A stretch of DNA of 50,068 bases from Holosporales bacterium (GTDB taxonomy: Bacteria > Pseudomonadota > Alphaproteobacteria > UBA3830 > JAIRMZ01): NCBI GenBank assembly GCA_031266655.1, contig JAISAP010000046.1, forward strand, positions 1-50,068. Direction: 5' to 3'. Position numbers and translations under genes: made by a program. Positions 34,176 through 44,186 of the stretch are shown one piece after another; position 1 is the first letter of the stretch; every line of letters starts with the position of its first letter. The notes under the pieces are model-generated. The model worked only from the letters and a program-made list of their open reading frames with translations. It made no database searches and was not told the origin of the DNA.

Positions 34176-35087
34176 TTGAGAAGGAGAAAAAAATGCTCTC
34201 CCTTTCGAAAATTCCTGTGGCTTGCCCTTGCTCTATGCCTCCTCCCCTTTTTCCTTTTTGATGGTGCTTTTATCTGCGAACACCGTCCCATACCCTTCTC
34301 AGAGCCGGAGAATCCGCAGGGGATTGGGGTTTATGTGATCAACATGGAGTGTTCTGCAGACAGGCGCGCTTCTATTCTGCAGCAGGTGGAGCAACTCGGG
34401 TTCCCGTGGGAGAGGATGGCAGTGGATGGATCCCTTCTTTCAGAGGAGGAGATAGATCGCGTCGTGGATAAAGGTATTTTTCGGATGATCGAGACACGTT
34501 TTATCAAGAAAGGGGAGCTAGGGTGCTTTCTCAGCCATGCTCAAGTCTGGAAAGCCTTTTTACAATCTTCTTATCAATACGCGATTGTCTTTGAAGATGA
34601 TGTCCAGTTTGATGTCAACAAACTCCGAGAGATCGTTTCAGAGTTGACGCAAACACCGGCAGGTTGGGATGTCGTGAGTTTTGATACGGATAACCGTCAG
34701 GGGATGCCCTTGACGCTTCGGCGTTTGAAGACGGGGGATCGTCTGGTTGCCTACCTGGGGATGACGTTTCATATGGGAGCTTATCTCATCAGTAGAAAGG
34801 CAGCTGCTGCTCTCCTCTCTCATGCCTTTCCCATCAAAATGGCGTCTGATAACTTCTACTCGCGCGGGTGGGAGTTCGGACTTAAGTTTGCGGGAGTGGA
34901 GCCGATATTTGCGTTTCAAGTTTTCTCGCACTCTGTAAGCGAAACGATGGAACCCAGACATAGAGACAGGTCCGACCCCCTCAATCAGATGCGTTTCTGG
35001 GTTATGAAAAGGGTTTTCGAGGTAAAATCCCGTGTTATGCGTTTTGTATACAATCTAAAGTTGTACTTTCAGCTTCGAGAGGCATGA
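34176..35087 (+). CDS. glycosyltransferase family 25, membrane-anchored, paralogue 2 (TTG start)
   Basis: 303 aa. VYVINMECSADRR, GELGCFLSHAQVWKAF, AIVFEDDV. The N-terminus aligns with paralogues 1 and 3 only if TTG 34176 is the start. Confidence 0.8.
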   Translation: MRRRKKCSPFRKFLWLALALCLLPFFLFDGAFICEHRPIPFSEPENPQGIGVYVINMECSADRRASILQQVEQLGFPWERMAVDGSLLSEEEIDRVVDKGIFRMIETRFIKKGELGCFLSHAQVWKAFLQSSYQYAIVFEDDVQFDVNKLREIVSELTQTPAGWDVVSFDTDNRQGMPLTLRRLKTGDRLVAYLGMTFHMGAYLISRKAAAALLSHAFPIKMASDNFYSRGWEFGLKFAGVEPIFAFQVFSHSVSETMEPRHRDRSDPLNQMRFWVMKRVFEVKSRVMRFVYNLKLYFQLREA

Positions 35088-35088
35088 G

Positions 35089-36003
35089 GTGTCACGAGGC
35101 GGGAAGAAACGATCTCCGTTGCGGAACCTCCTGTGGTTTGTTCTTGTCCTATGCTCTCTGCCGTTTTTTCTTTTCGACGGCGCTTTTATCTGCGAACATC
35201 GTCCCATACCCTTCTCAGAGCCGGAGAATCCGCAGGGGATGGGGGTTTATGTGATCAACATGGAGCGTTCTGCAGACAGGCGCGCCTCTATTCTGCAGCA
35301 AGTGGAGCAACTCGGATTTCCGTGGGAGAGAATGGCGGTGGACGGCTCTCTTCTCTCGGCAGAAGAAATTGATCGTATCGTAGATAACGATGTTTTCCGG
35401 GTGATCCAGTGGCGCCCCATCAAAAAGGGGGAGCTTGGCTGCTTTCTCAGTCATGCTCAAGTCTGGAAAACCTTTTTACAATCTTCCTATCAATATGCCC
35501 TCGTCTTCGAAGATGATGTCCAGTTTGACGTCAAAAAACTCCGAGAAGTCCTCTTCGAGCTTATGCAGACACCGGTGGACTGGGATATCGTGAGTTTCGA
35601 AATAGACAACAATCGAGGAATGCCCTTGACGCTCCGACGTTTGAAAACAGGGGATCGATTGGTGATCTATCTGGGAGTTGCGCTCCATATGGGGGCTTAT
35701 CTCATCAGTAGAAAGGCAGCTGCCTCCTTGTTCTCGCATACTTTTCCCATCAAAATGCCTTCGGACGTCTTCTACACCCGTGGATGGGAGTTTGATCTCA
35801 AGTTTACGGGAGTGGAGCCGATCCTTGCGTCTCAAGTTTTTCCGCAATCTGAGATTGACACGATGGACCTCAGACGCAGAGACTCGCCCGATACCCTCAG
35901 TCAGATGCGTTTGTGGGTGAGGAAAAGGGTCCTCAAAATGAAATCCAATGTCATGCGTTTTTTATATAATCTGAAACTCTATTTTCAGTATCATCAATCG
36001 TAA
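35089..36003 (+). CDS. glycosyltransferase family 25, membrane-anchored, paralogue 3 (GTG start)
   Basis: 304 aa, highly similar to paralogue 2. The stop TAA overlaps the murA ATG (TAATG at 36001-36005). Confidence 0.8.
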   Translation: MSRGGKKRSPLRNLLWFVLVLCSLPFFLFDGAFICEHRPIPFSEPENPQGMGVYVINMERSADRRASILQQVEQLGFPWERMAVDGSLLSAEEIDRIVDNDVFRVIQWRPIKKGELGCFLSHAQVWKTFLQSSYQYALVFEDDVQFDVKKLREVLFELMQTPVDWDIVSFEIDNNRGMPLTLRRLKTGDRLVIYLGVALHMGAYLISRKAAASLFSHTFPIKMPSDVFYTRGWEFDLKFTGVEPILASQVFPQSEIDTMDLRRRDSPDTLSQMRLWVRKRVLKMKSNVMRFLYNLKLYFQYHQS

Positions 36004-37271
36004 TGGATCGTTTGCGCATACAGGGAGGGGTTCCTCTCAAAGGGGTGGTCCCCATCTCTGGAGCGAAAAACGCGGCACTGCCCATCATGGCAGCCTGTCT
36101 CCTAACGGATGCACCTCTGCGTTTGGAGAACGTCCCTCATCTCACCGATATTCGCGCCCTCTTGAGGCTTCTTGAAACGCTCGGAGTGACAAGCACCATG
36201 GATGGGCCAGCGCATCGCTTAACGCTCTCTGCGCATGCCCTTCAGCAGGTGCTGGCTCCTTATGACCTCGTGCGCAAGATGCGCGCCTCCATCCTAGTCC
36301 TCGGCCCCCTGGTTGCGCGCCATGGAAAGGCCAAGGTTTCGCTCCCAGGGGGATGCGCCATCGGGGTGCGCCCCGTGGATCTGCACCTGAGAGGGCTGGA
36401 AATGCTGGGTGCCTCTCTCTCCTTAGAGGATGGCTATATCTGTGCGGAAGCGCCCAAAGGCCTTGTGGGAGGAACGGTAACGTTTCCCGTGACAACCGTG
36501 ACAGGGACGGAAAACCTTCTGATGGCCGCCACTTTAGCGCGCGGAACCACGACGATCGTCAACGCTGCCCTTGAGCCCGAAGTCAGAGATCTTGCGACAT
36601 GCCTGAACGCGATGGGAGCACGGATTACGGGGCTTGGGACCCCGACCCTGACAATTGAGGGAGTGTCCGCCCTCAGTGGCGCAAAACACACGATTATTCC
36701 CGATCGGATCGAAGCGGGAACCTACGCATTAGCGGCTATGGCCACCCGAGGAGCACTCACTCTCAAAGCGCACGCGCTGGGAACGCTCTTGCCAAGCGAA
36801 CTCCCTATGCTCATCCAGATGGGGGCCCAGATCACACAGGAAGAGGAGAGCATCACCGTTTCTGCTCCCGAGACTCTTTCTGCTTGCGACATTACCACCG
36901 AGCCGTTTCCTGGGTATCCCACGGATCTCCAAGCACAAGGGATGGCGGTTTTATCTTTGGCTCAAGGATCCTCTATTATACGGGAGACGATTTGGGAGAA
37001 TCGGTTTATGCACATTGCAGAATTCGTGCGTATGGGAGCCGATATCAGTGTCCACGGGCTGACAGCGGTTGTGCGCGGCGTCCCCTGTCTCCAGGGGGCT
37101 CCCGTGATGGCCACCGACTTGCGCGCTTCCTTCGGATTGATCATCGCGGGACTCGCTGCTCAGGGAGAAACGATGCTCCACCGCCTCTATCACCTGGATC
37201 GGGGCTATGAAGCAACAGAGAAAAAGCTCTCGGCCTGCGGTGCTTGCGTGGAAAGAGTACGCGCCTCATGA
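36003..37271 (+). CDS. murA: UDP-N-acetylglucosamine 1-carboxyvinyltransferase MurA
   Basis: 422 aa. SGAKNAALPIMAA, active-site loop LPGGCAIGVRPVDLH. Confidence 0.97.
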   Translation: MDRLRIQGGVPLKGVVPISGAKNAALPIMAACLLTDAPLRLENVPHLTDIRALLRLLETLGVTSTMDGPAHRLTLSAHALQQVLAPYDLVRKMRASILVLGPLVARHGKAKVSLPGGCAIGVRPVDLHLRGLEMLGASLSLEDGYICAEAPKGLVGGTVTFPVTTVTGTENLLMAATLARGTTTIVNAALEPEVRDLATCLNAMGARITGLGTPTLTIEGVSALSGAKHTIIPDRIEAGTYALAAMATRGALTLKAHALGTLLPSELPMLIQMGAQITQEEESITVSAPETLSACDITTEPFPGYPTDLQAQGMAVLSLAQGSSIIRETIWENRFMHIAEFVRMGADISVHGLTAVVRGVPCLQGAPVMATDLRASFGLIIAGLAAQGETMLHRLYHLDRGYEATEKKLSACGACVERVRAS

Positions 37272-37711
37272 CGGCCCCTGTCCTTTTAAGAATCAAGGCG
37301 CAGAAGCCGCTGGAGATGGATATCCTTTCCGCTTTGGTGCAGGATTCCCTGCTCCCGAAAACGGCTTTTGCCTACGACAAAAAAGAGCGGCGGGCCCATC
37401 TGCTTGTCAACCGCTTTTGCTGGGAACATGCTGTGCAGCAAGAAAACACCGACTCTTCTGAGCCCTATTACCGAGTGCATGCGGGTCTGTATTTCACAGA
37501 CATTGAGCAGGTTTCGGTCAACGCCGCATTTCGGTGCTACCCAACGGAGAAGGTGTTGAATCTTCTGACGGTTCACGCTGACGGGAAGCAAGAGGTGAAT
37601 ATCCTCTTCTCGGAAGGAGCGCATATCTGCCTGAAAACACAAAAGTGCTGCGCTTACTTGAAAGATCTGCACGAAGGATGGCCAACGACCGCTAAGCCAG
37701 CGCATCCCTGA
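37268..37711 (+). CDS. DUF2948 family protein
   Basis: ORF 37244..37711 trimmed to ATG 37268, which overlaps the murA stop (ATGA). LLRIKAQKPLEMDILSALVQDSL...LLVNRFCWE matches the DUF2948 pattern usually found after murA in alphaproteobacteria. Confidence 0.75.
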   Translation: MTAPVLLRIKAQKPLEMDILSALVQDSLLPKTAFAYDKKERRAHLLVNRFCWEHAVQQENTDSSEPYYRVHAGLYFTDIEQVSVNAAFRCYPTEKVLNLLTVHADGKQEVNILFSEGAHICLKTQKCCAYLKDLHEGWPTTAKPAHP

Positions 37712-37728
37712 GGGGGTGGGGGTGTCCT

Positions 37729-38544
37729 CTACGCTTCTGGTAGAGACCCCGTCAGGATGCCGCCAACACGGATAGGAGCAATCGCGCACGCAAGGCCGGA
37801 AGCATTGATATCAACCAGCGTTCCGCAAAGAGTCGCCTCTCCTTCCGCCGGTGTCAGGGATACCGTCTTGTACGGAAAGAGGAATCGGTCGATGGCAGCT
37901 TGCGGATTCATGCCAATAACAGACTGGTAGTCCCCGCACATGCCCGTGTCCGTCTGATAAGCAGTTCCCTTGGGCAGAATCATCGTATCGCAGGAAGGGA
38001 TATGCGTGTGCGTTCCAATAACCGCCGAAACACGACCATCGAGATAGTACGCCAGCGCCATTTTCTCGGAGGTGATATCGGCGTGGAAATCCACAAAAAT
38101 GGCAGAAATGTTGGCGCCCAGGGTAAAATCCTGAATGAAGCGATCTGCAGCAATAAAAGGGTTGTCCACGGGCGCCTGCGCGGGAAAAGTCCCTAACATT
38201 TGGAAAATCAAGATCTTCCCACCATCAGGCGTTGTGTATAGAAAGGAAGCACTGCCCGGCAGAGGAATCGGGTGGTTGCAGGGCCGGACGAGGTTGGGCC
38301 ATTGCGACAAAGCCTGACGCCCTTCCTTTTTGTCCCACACATGATTGCCTCCGGTGAAGACATCGACTCCTACAGCTTGCAATTCCTCAAGGATGCTTGA
38401 GGTCACGCCCATCCCGTGCGCGGCGTTGTCAACGTTAGCGATCACGCAATCGGGACGATAGCGCTCTCTGAGCTTCGGTAAGTGCTGCGCAATACAGGTA
38501 CGCCCAGCATGCGCCATGATGTCTCCCAAAAAAAGGAGGCGCAC
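37729..38544 (-). CDS. YmdB-like (TIGR00282) metallophosphoesterase
   Basis: 271 aa. LFLGDIMAHAGR, GNHVWD, GTHTHIP metallophosphatase motifs. 3 nt downstream of lon. Confidence 0.88.
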   Translation of the reverse strand: MRLLFLGDIMAHAGRTCIAQHLPKLRERYRPDCVIANVDNAAHGMGVTSSILEELQAVGVDVFTGGNHVWDKKEGRQALSQWPNLVRPCNHPIPLPGSASFLYTTPDGGKILIFQMLGTFPAQAPVDNPFIAADRFIQDFTLGANISAIFVDFHADITSEKMALAYYLDGRVSAVIGTHTHIPSCDTMILPKGTAYQTDTGMCGDYQSVIGMNPQAAIDRFLFPYKTVSLTPAEGEATLCGTLVDINASGLACAIAPIRVGGILTGSLPEA

Positions 38545-38547
38545 TCT

Positions 38548-40950
38548 TTAGGCTCCTGCCGGAATCTCTGAGGAAAGGGGACTGCTCAGAGGACCCGGTT
38601 TTTTCTTGACCATCGGGCGACGTACCAGCGCTCGCTCAAGCACTTCGTCGACGAATTGAACGGGAATCATTTCAATCTCTTTCCGAATATTTTCGGGAAT
38701 TTCCTCGAGATCTTTAGCGTTATCTTTCGGGATGAAAACCGTTTTAATATGTCCTCGATGCGCCGCAAGCACCTTTTCCTTGAGACCTCCAATGGGAAGA
38801 ATGCGCCCACGCAGCGTGATTTCTCCCGTCATCGCAATATCCCGGCGCACAGGAACGCTCGTCAGCGCCGAAACAATGGAGGTCGCCATAGCCACGCCCG
38901 CAGAGGGTCCATCCTTCGGAGTTGCCCCTTCTGGGACATGCACATGAACGTCCCGCTTCTCAAAAATCTCTGGATTAATGTCGTACCACTCCGCCCGCGA
39001 GCGCACGAAGCTCATAGCTGCTTGGATCGACTCCTGCATGACATCACCCAGTTTGCCCGTAATGAGCATCTTGCCTTTCCCTGAAACAACAACGGCTTCT
39101 ATGGAGAGGAGCTCTCCGCCCACTTCCGTCCAGGCAAGACCCGTGGTGACGCCCACAAGGTCGCGCCCCTCCATCTCTCCAATGGAAAAACGAGGGATTC
39201 CCGCGAAGTCATGAAGATTGCGGCGCGTGATACGGATCTTTTGCACTTGCTGACCTTCTTCCGAGATCCGTCGGACCGATTTGCGAGAAAGGTTGGAAAT
39301 TTCGCGTTCCAAACTGCGCACACCGGCTTCCCGCGTATAAAAACGCACGATCTCGCGTAGCGCTTTCTCGGAAACAGAAAGCTCCGAGTCCTTCAGACCA
39401 TTCAGTTTTTTCTGCTTGGGAAGGAGATACGTCGTGGCAATCGCGATCTTCTCGTCCTCCGTGTACCCGGAGATCCGAATGACTTCCAGTCGGTCCAGAA
39501 GGGGCTGCGGAAGATGCAGGCTATTGGCCGTCGTCAAAAACATCACATCGGATAGGTCATAGTCGATTTCCAGATAGTGATCGTTGAAGGCAAAATTCTG
39601 CTCTTGATCGAGAACTTCCAAGAGGGCGGAGGAAGGGTCGCCACGGAAATCGGTTCCCAGCTTGTCGATTTCGTCCAGGAGGAAGAGTGGGTTGGTCACC
39701 CCCGACTTGCGCATTCCTTGAATGATTTTTCCGGGCATGGAGCCAATGTAGGTACGCCGATGACCCCGGATCTCTGATTCGTCATGGACGCCTCCTAGCG
39801 CGGCGCGTACAAACGTTCTGCCCGTTGCTCGCGCTATCGAGCGCGCAAGAGAGGTCTTCCCGACACCCGGAGGGCCCACGAGACACAGAACCTGCCCACT
39901 CACCTTGTCTACGCGGTTCTGAACCGCCAGATACTCCAGAATGCGGTCTTTGACCTTCGCAAGGCCATAGTGATCCGCATCCAGAATCTTTTGCGCTTGT
40001 CGGAGGCTCTTGTTGACCTTGGATTTCTTGCCCCAGGGCACCCCCAGCAAGCAATCAAGATAGTTGCGAACCACCGTTGCCTCCGCAGACATCGGCGCCA
40101 TGGACCGCAGCTTCCTCAGTTCGGAGAAAGCGCGCTCGCGGGCTTCCTTGCTCAGCTTGGTCTTCTTGATCTTCGCTTCCAGCTCTTCCAGCTCCCCACC
40201 GGCCGCTTCCTGATCGCCCAGCTCCTGCTGAATCGCCTTCATCTGCTCGTTGAGAAAATAGTCACGCTGCGACTTTTCCATCTGGCGCTTGACGCGACTC
40301 CGAATGCGGCGCTCTACCTGCATCACCCCGACTTCTGTCTCTAGATGAGAGAACACCAGCTCCAAGCGCTGGGACAGCGTCTGTGTCTCGAGAATTTTCT
40401 GTTTTTCACTAATTCGAAGCAGCAAGTGTGACGCGATAATATCGGCCAGCCTTCCAGGAACAGTCTCCTGGCGCAAAGCCGCCACCACATCCATGGGAAT
40501 ACGCCGGTTGAGCTTCACATAGGCTTCGAATTGGTCGAGCAGGGCGCGCACCAGTGCGGAGACCTCCTGCTCCTTATCGACAATATCTGGAAGCTCATCC
40601 ACTTCCGCCTCGCAATAGGTCTCCAGGTCCGTGTATTGACGAATGCGCCCGCGATACAGACCCTCTACTAGGATTTTCACCGTTCCGTCGGGTAGGCGTA
40701 AAAGTTGTAGGATGGAAGACACCGTCCCAACACTGAAGATATCGTCAGGGCTGGGAACGTCCTTCTGGGGATCCTTTTGGGTGGAGAGCAGGACCTGCTT
40801 ATCCTCTTTCTTCATCACACGCTCTAGAGAGTTAATAGAGCGCTCTCGCCCCACGAAGAGAGGAACGATCATATGAGGAAAGACAACAATGTCCCGCAAA
40901 GGGAGGACAGGAAACCGGCAGGAGCTTTCTGCAATAATGTTCTGCGGCAT
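38548..40950 (-). CDS. lon: ATP-dependent protease Lon
   Basis: 800 aa. LON N-domain, Walker A GPPGVGKTS, catalytic PKDGPSAGVAM. Confidence 0.98.
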   Translation of the reverse strand: MPQNIIAESSCRFPVLPLRDIVVFPHMIVPLFVGRERSINSLERVMKKEDKQVLLSTQKDPQKDVPSPDDIFSVGTVSSILQLLRLPDGTVKILVEGLYRGRIRQYTDLETYCEAEVDELPDIVDKEQEVSALVRALLDQFEAYVKLNRRIPMDVVAALRQETVPGRLADIIASHLLLRISEKQKILETQTLSQRLELVFSHLETEVGVMQVERRIRSRVKRQMEKSQRDYFLNEQMKAIQQELGDQEAAGGELEELEAKIKKTKLSKEARERAFSELRKLRSMAPMSAEATVVRNYLDCLLGVPWGKKSKVNKSLRQAQKILDADHYGLAKVKDRILEYLAVQNRVDKVSGQVLCLVGPPGVGKTSLARSIARATGRTFVRAALGGVHDESEIRGHRRTYIGSMPGKIIQGMRKSGVTNPLFLLDEIDKLGTDFRGDPSSALLEVLDQEQNFAFNDHYLEIDYDLSDVMFLTTANSLHLPQPLLDRLEVIRISGYTEDEKIAIATTYLLPKQKKLNGLKDSELSVSEKALREIVRFYTREAGVRSLEREISNLSRKSVRRISEEGQQVQKIRITRRNLHDFAGIPRFSIGEMEGRDLVGVTTGLAWTEVGGELLSIEAVVVSGKGKMLITGKLGDVMQESIQAAMSFVRSRAEWYDINPEIFEKRDVHVHVPEGATPKDGPSAGVAMATSIVSALTSVPVRRDIAMTGEITLRGRILPIGGLKEKVLAAHRGHIKTVFIPKDNAKDLEEIPENIRKEIEMIPVQFVDEVLERALVRRPMVKKKPGPLSSPLSSEIPAGA

Positions 40951-40968
40951 GTTCCTCTTCCCTCTCTG

Positions 40969-42222
40969 CTAGGCCGTTTCTGACGTGTTTCTGGAGGGCG
41001 ACCGAGCGTGAATTTTCAAGGGCTGCGCTCCTCCTTCGACCACGCCCTTATTGATGACCACCTCTTCCACATCGTTAAATTCTGGGAGATCGTACATCGT
41101 GTCCAGAAGCGCGGTCTCCATGATCGAACGCAGCCCTCGCGCTCCTGTTTTGCGTTCCAGCGCTCTGCGGGCAATCACGGTGAGCGCCTCATCCGTAAAG
41201 CGAAGGCCTACATCTTCCATTTCAAATAAACATTTATACTGCTTTACAAGTGCATTTTTTGGCTCTGTGAGAATGCGCACAAGGGATTTCTCATCCAAGT
41301 CCGAGAGCGTTGCCACGATGGGAAGGCGCCCTACGAACTCTGGGATCAACCCAAACTTGAGGAGATCCTCTGGCTCCACCTTCGAAAAAATGGCCCCCAC
41401 GTTTTGCTCTTCTGGAGGGGACACTTTGGCATCAAATCCAATGGACGCCTCCTGCCCTCTTTGGGAGATAATTTTTTCTAGGCCAGCAAAGGCCCCTCCA
41501 CAAATGAACAAAATATTCGTCGTATCGACTTGCAAGAACTCTTGTTGCGGATGCTTACGCCCCCCTTGGGGAGGAACGGAGGCTACGGTTCCCTCCATGA
41601 TCTTCAGAAGCGCTTGCTGTACCCCCTCTCCGGAGACGTCGCGGGTAATGGAAGGATTTTCCGATTTGCGAGAAATCTTGTCGATTTCATCAATATAAAC
41701 GATACCACGCTGTGCACGCTCGGCGTTGTAATCCGCGGCCTGTAGGAGCTTAAGAATGATGTTCTCAACGTCCTCTCCTACGTATCCCGCTTCGGTCAGC
41801 GTGGTGGCATCTGCGATGGTGAAAGGCACATCCAGCGTGCGCGCCAACGTCTGCGCAAGCAGCGTTTTCCCCGTTCCTGTCGGACCAATGAGGAGGATAT
41901 TGGACTTTGACAGCTCCACATCCTCGTTTCTTGCCTCATGTGTAATGCGCTTGTAGTGGTTGTACACCGCAACGGAAAGGATCCGTTTCGCACGCGCCTG
42001 ACCAATCACGTAGTCGTTGAGGATCTTATAAATCACCTGCGGCGTGGGGATGCCATCCTTTGTATGAAGCGGAGAGTCCTCCTGATCCTCGCGGATGATC
42101 CCAGTGCAAAGCTTGACGCATTCATCGCAAATAAAAACAGCGGGCCCTGCAATCAGCTTGCGCACATCGTGCTGGCTCTTCCCGCAAAACGAGCAATACA
42201 ACGCGTTTTTTCCGTTTTCCAT
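40969..42222 (-). CDS. clpX: ATP-dependent Clp protease ATP-binding subunit ClpX
   Basis: 417 aa. Zinc-binding CSFCGK...FICDECV, Walker [12 protein letters not shown]. Confidence 0.98.
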   Translation of the reverse strand: MENGKNALYCSFCGKSQHDVRKLIAGPAVFICDECVKLCTGIIREDQEDSPLHTKDGIPTPQVIYKILNDYVIGQARAKRILSVAVYNHYKRITHEARNEDVELSKSNILLIGPTGTGKTLLAQTLARTLDVPFTIADATTLTEAGYVGEDVENIILKLLQAADYNAERAQRGIVYIDEIDKISRKSENPSITRDVSGEGVQQALLKIMEGTVASVPPQGGRKHPQQEFLQVDTTNILFICGGAFAGLEKIISQRGQEASIGFDAKVSPPEEQNVGAIFSKVEPEDLLKFGLIPEFVGRLPIVATLSDLDEKSLVRILTEPKNALVKQYKCLFEMEDVGLRFTDEALTVIARRALERKTGARGLRSIMETALLDTMYDLPEFNDVEEVVINKGVVEGGAQPLKIHARSPSRNTSETA

Positions 42223-42336
42223 GACGGGTCCTCCCTTTGGGCTGTCCTTTGCTTGGCTAGTTCACGTTTCTCTTGTCATACTATCGCCTCAAGAGGACAA
42301 CAAACCCTTAACGGGGCCTCCTTTGCCTTCCGCCGG

Positions 42337-42412
42337 TGGTGCCGGACGTCGGATTTGAACCAACGACCTACTGATTACAAATCAGCCGCTCTACCAACTG
42401 AGCTAGTCCGGC
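42337..42412 (-). tRNA. tRNA-Thr(UGU): tRNA-Thr (anticodon UGU)
   Basis: Reverse complement is GCCGGACTAGCTCAGTTGGTAGAGCGGCTGATTTGTAATCAGTAGGTCGTTGGTTCAAATCCGACGTCCGGCACCA. Acceptor GCCGGAC/GTCCGGC. Anticodon loop TTTGTAA. Confidence 0.9.
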
Positions 42413-42476
42413 CCAGATCCCCACGTCCTTATAGCAAACTCTAAAAATGGATACTACAAACATTCCAGCGCTTCCC

Positions 42477-44129
42477 TCAGGGAGAAGCACTCTGCTCTTC
42501 GGAGGGATTGCTGTGATTTTGCTGTTTCAACAGCATTTTCTTCCGGTGAGGTGCCGTACCGGAGGGAATGAACGTGTGTAGATGCGTGCCATCCGACAGG
42601 GGGGTGTAGGTAAAATCGATCGTGGTGTTGTCTGTGAGCAACAATTGTCCCTCCTTGGGAACACGATCGGTGAGATTGCTAATAATATGCTCCTTAAAGC
42701 TTTCCCAGTCGTTCATGTAGTCAACACGAGGTTTGATATTTTCCAAGAAGCTCGAGATATGTTGCCCAGGAGTCGTGCTCTCAGGGGCGATCCCCCAGAT
42801 CTCGCAACAGGCCACATTGGAAAGTCGGAGCCGATTATCGCTAGAGAACACGGAGATGCCCTCGTGCAGGCGGTTGATCGTTTCTCTTTGGACAGAGATC
42901 AGCGTGTTGTAACGCCGCTCCAGCGTGATGCTATCGGTAACGTCCTCATAGAGGAAAAGGAGTCCCCCCAGAGGGTAAGGAGCCACCGAGACATGCAGGG
43001 TATGCGCGTTGGGCAAATGCATGAGTTCGCGCTGGACCTCCACGACGGTTTGGAAGAGAGCAAGCTGCTCCTTTTTGTAAGAGCGGAAATCCACCACCTC
43101 CGGGAGTTTTCTTTTTAGGCGCAAGGCCTCTAAAACCTCTCCAAAGGAGGGAGCGGCATGGAGCCATTTCTCATTGAGGCCCATGAGGCGCGTGTAAGCC
43201 TCGTTAAAATAGGTGAGGCGCATATTTTGATTAAAAATGGCAATAGAGGTGGACAGAAATCCAAAAACCTCCGTATGCGCATCAACATGCCGTTTGAGCT
43301 GCCGTTCAGCGTCATAATGCTCCGTATCATCCAGGGCAAAACCTAGGGTTCCCTCGTTGAAGGGGGTTTCATGAATCAAAAGATGGCAGCGTTTTCCCTG
43401 AATAACACGCGTTTGGGAAGAAACCTGGATCTGCTTCTGCTCCAAAGCTAAAGAAGCAAAAGTCTTGCCACCATCGGCATTTCCTTTGGATAAAATGGGG
43501 GTATTCTCCAGGAGAACGCGTTCCAGATTGCTTCCTACCGCTTCTGCGTACGCTTTGTTGCAATAATCCAGCCGCAGATCTCCCGATCGGCGACGCCAAA
43601 TCGGAAAGGGAAACGCTTCGAGCAATTCTCTCCAGTCCGCACGATGCTCCGCACCTTGAGAAGGCGCCGTTGTCGGTTGAAGGACCTCTTGCGCATCATC
43701 GCATAGGCGAAGACACACCAGATCTCGAGGAGAAGCAGCAACATAAAAGCCGTGAAGGCAAACAGAACGACGTGTGCGTTGGAGGATCACATCTCGATAG
43801 AAGCTTTCTTCGGAAAAGCGCAGGGCGGAAAGGCTCCTCTCCAGGTCTTCCGCCTCTTCGAAGGATGTGATGACTTCTCGCAGCGACACTTTTCCCGTAA
43901 GGGCAACTCCTAGCAAATGTCTGAAAGAGGTGGAGCACCCTTGGAACCCATCCCCCAAGTCCCACACGGCCCAGGGGGTGCCCGCTCCAACGGCCTTGTA
44001 CAAGTTCTTCTGGCATTTTAAGGAGTGGATTTTTCTCCAAGCCAAGAGTCCCCCAAGGAGGGAACAGAAGGCGCCCAGCAGGAAGATCTCCCAAAAGAAA
44101 GCTTCAACGTAATCTTCCAAAAACTCCAT
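42477..44129 (-). CDS. membrane-anchored multi-PAS sensor-like protein without a kinase domain
   Basis: 550 aa. N-terminal TM (FFWEIFLLGAFCSLLGGLLAW). Repeated PAS-like segments (...FPIWRRRSGDLRLDYCNKAYAEAVG..., ...IAIFNQNMRLTYFNEAYTRLMGL..., ...ISVFSSDNRLRLSNVACCEIWGI...). No H box or ATPase motifs. Confidence 0.65.
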   Translation of the reverse strand: MEFLEDYVEAFFWEIFLLGAFCSLLGGLLAWRKIHSLKCQKNLYKAVGAGTPWAVWDLGDGFQGCSTSFRHLLGVALTGKVSLREVITSFEEAEDLERSLSALRFSEESFYRDVILQRTRRSVCLHGFYVAASPRDLVCLRLCDDAQEVLQPTTAPSQGAEHRADWRELLEAFPFPIWRRRSGDLRLDYCNKAYAEAVGSNLERVLLENTPILSKGNADGGKTFASLALEQKQIQVSSQTRVIQGKRCHLLIHETPFNEGTLGFALDDTEHYDAERQLKRHVDAHTEVFGFLSTSIAIFNQNMRLTYFNEAYTRLMGLNEKWLHAAPSFGEVLEALRLKRKLPEVVDFRSYKKEQLALFQTVVEVQRELMHLPNAHTLHVSVAPYPLGGLLFLYEDVTDSITLERRYNTLISVQRETINRLHEGISVFSSDNRLRLSNVACCEIWGIAPESTTPGQHISSFLENIKPRVDYMNDWESFKEHIISNLTDRVPKEGQLLLTDNTTIDFTYTPLSDGTHLHTFIPSGTAPHRKKMLLKQQNHSNPSEEQSASP

Positions 44130-44186
44130 GCATCCACTCGTTCGCTTTTAGCGATTATATTCATAAAATTGAGGAGAACGATATTT

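Noticed and set aside
41051-41698. 215-aa ORF antisense to clpX
   Set aside because: ClpX is unambiguous. This is a shadow ORF.
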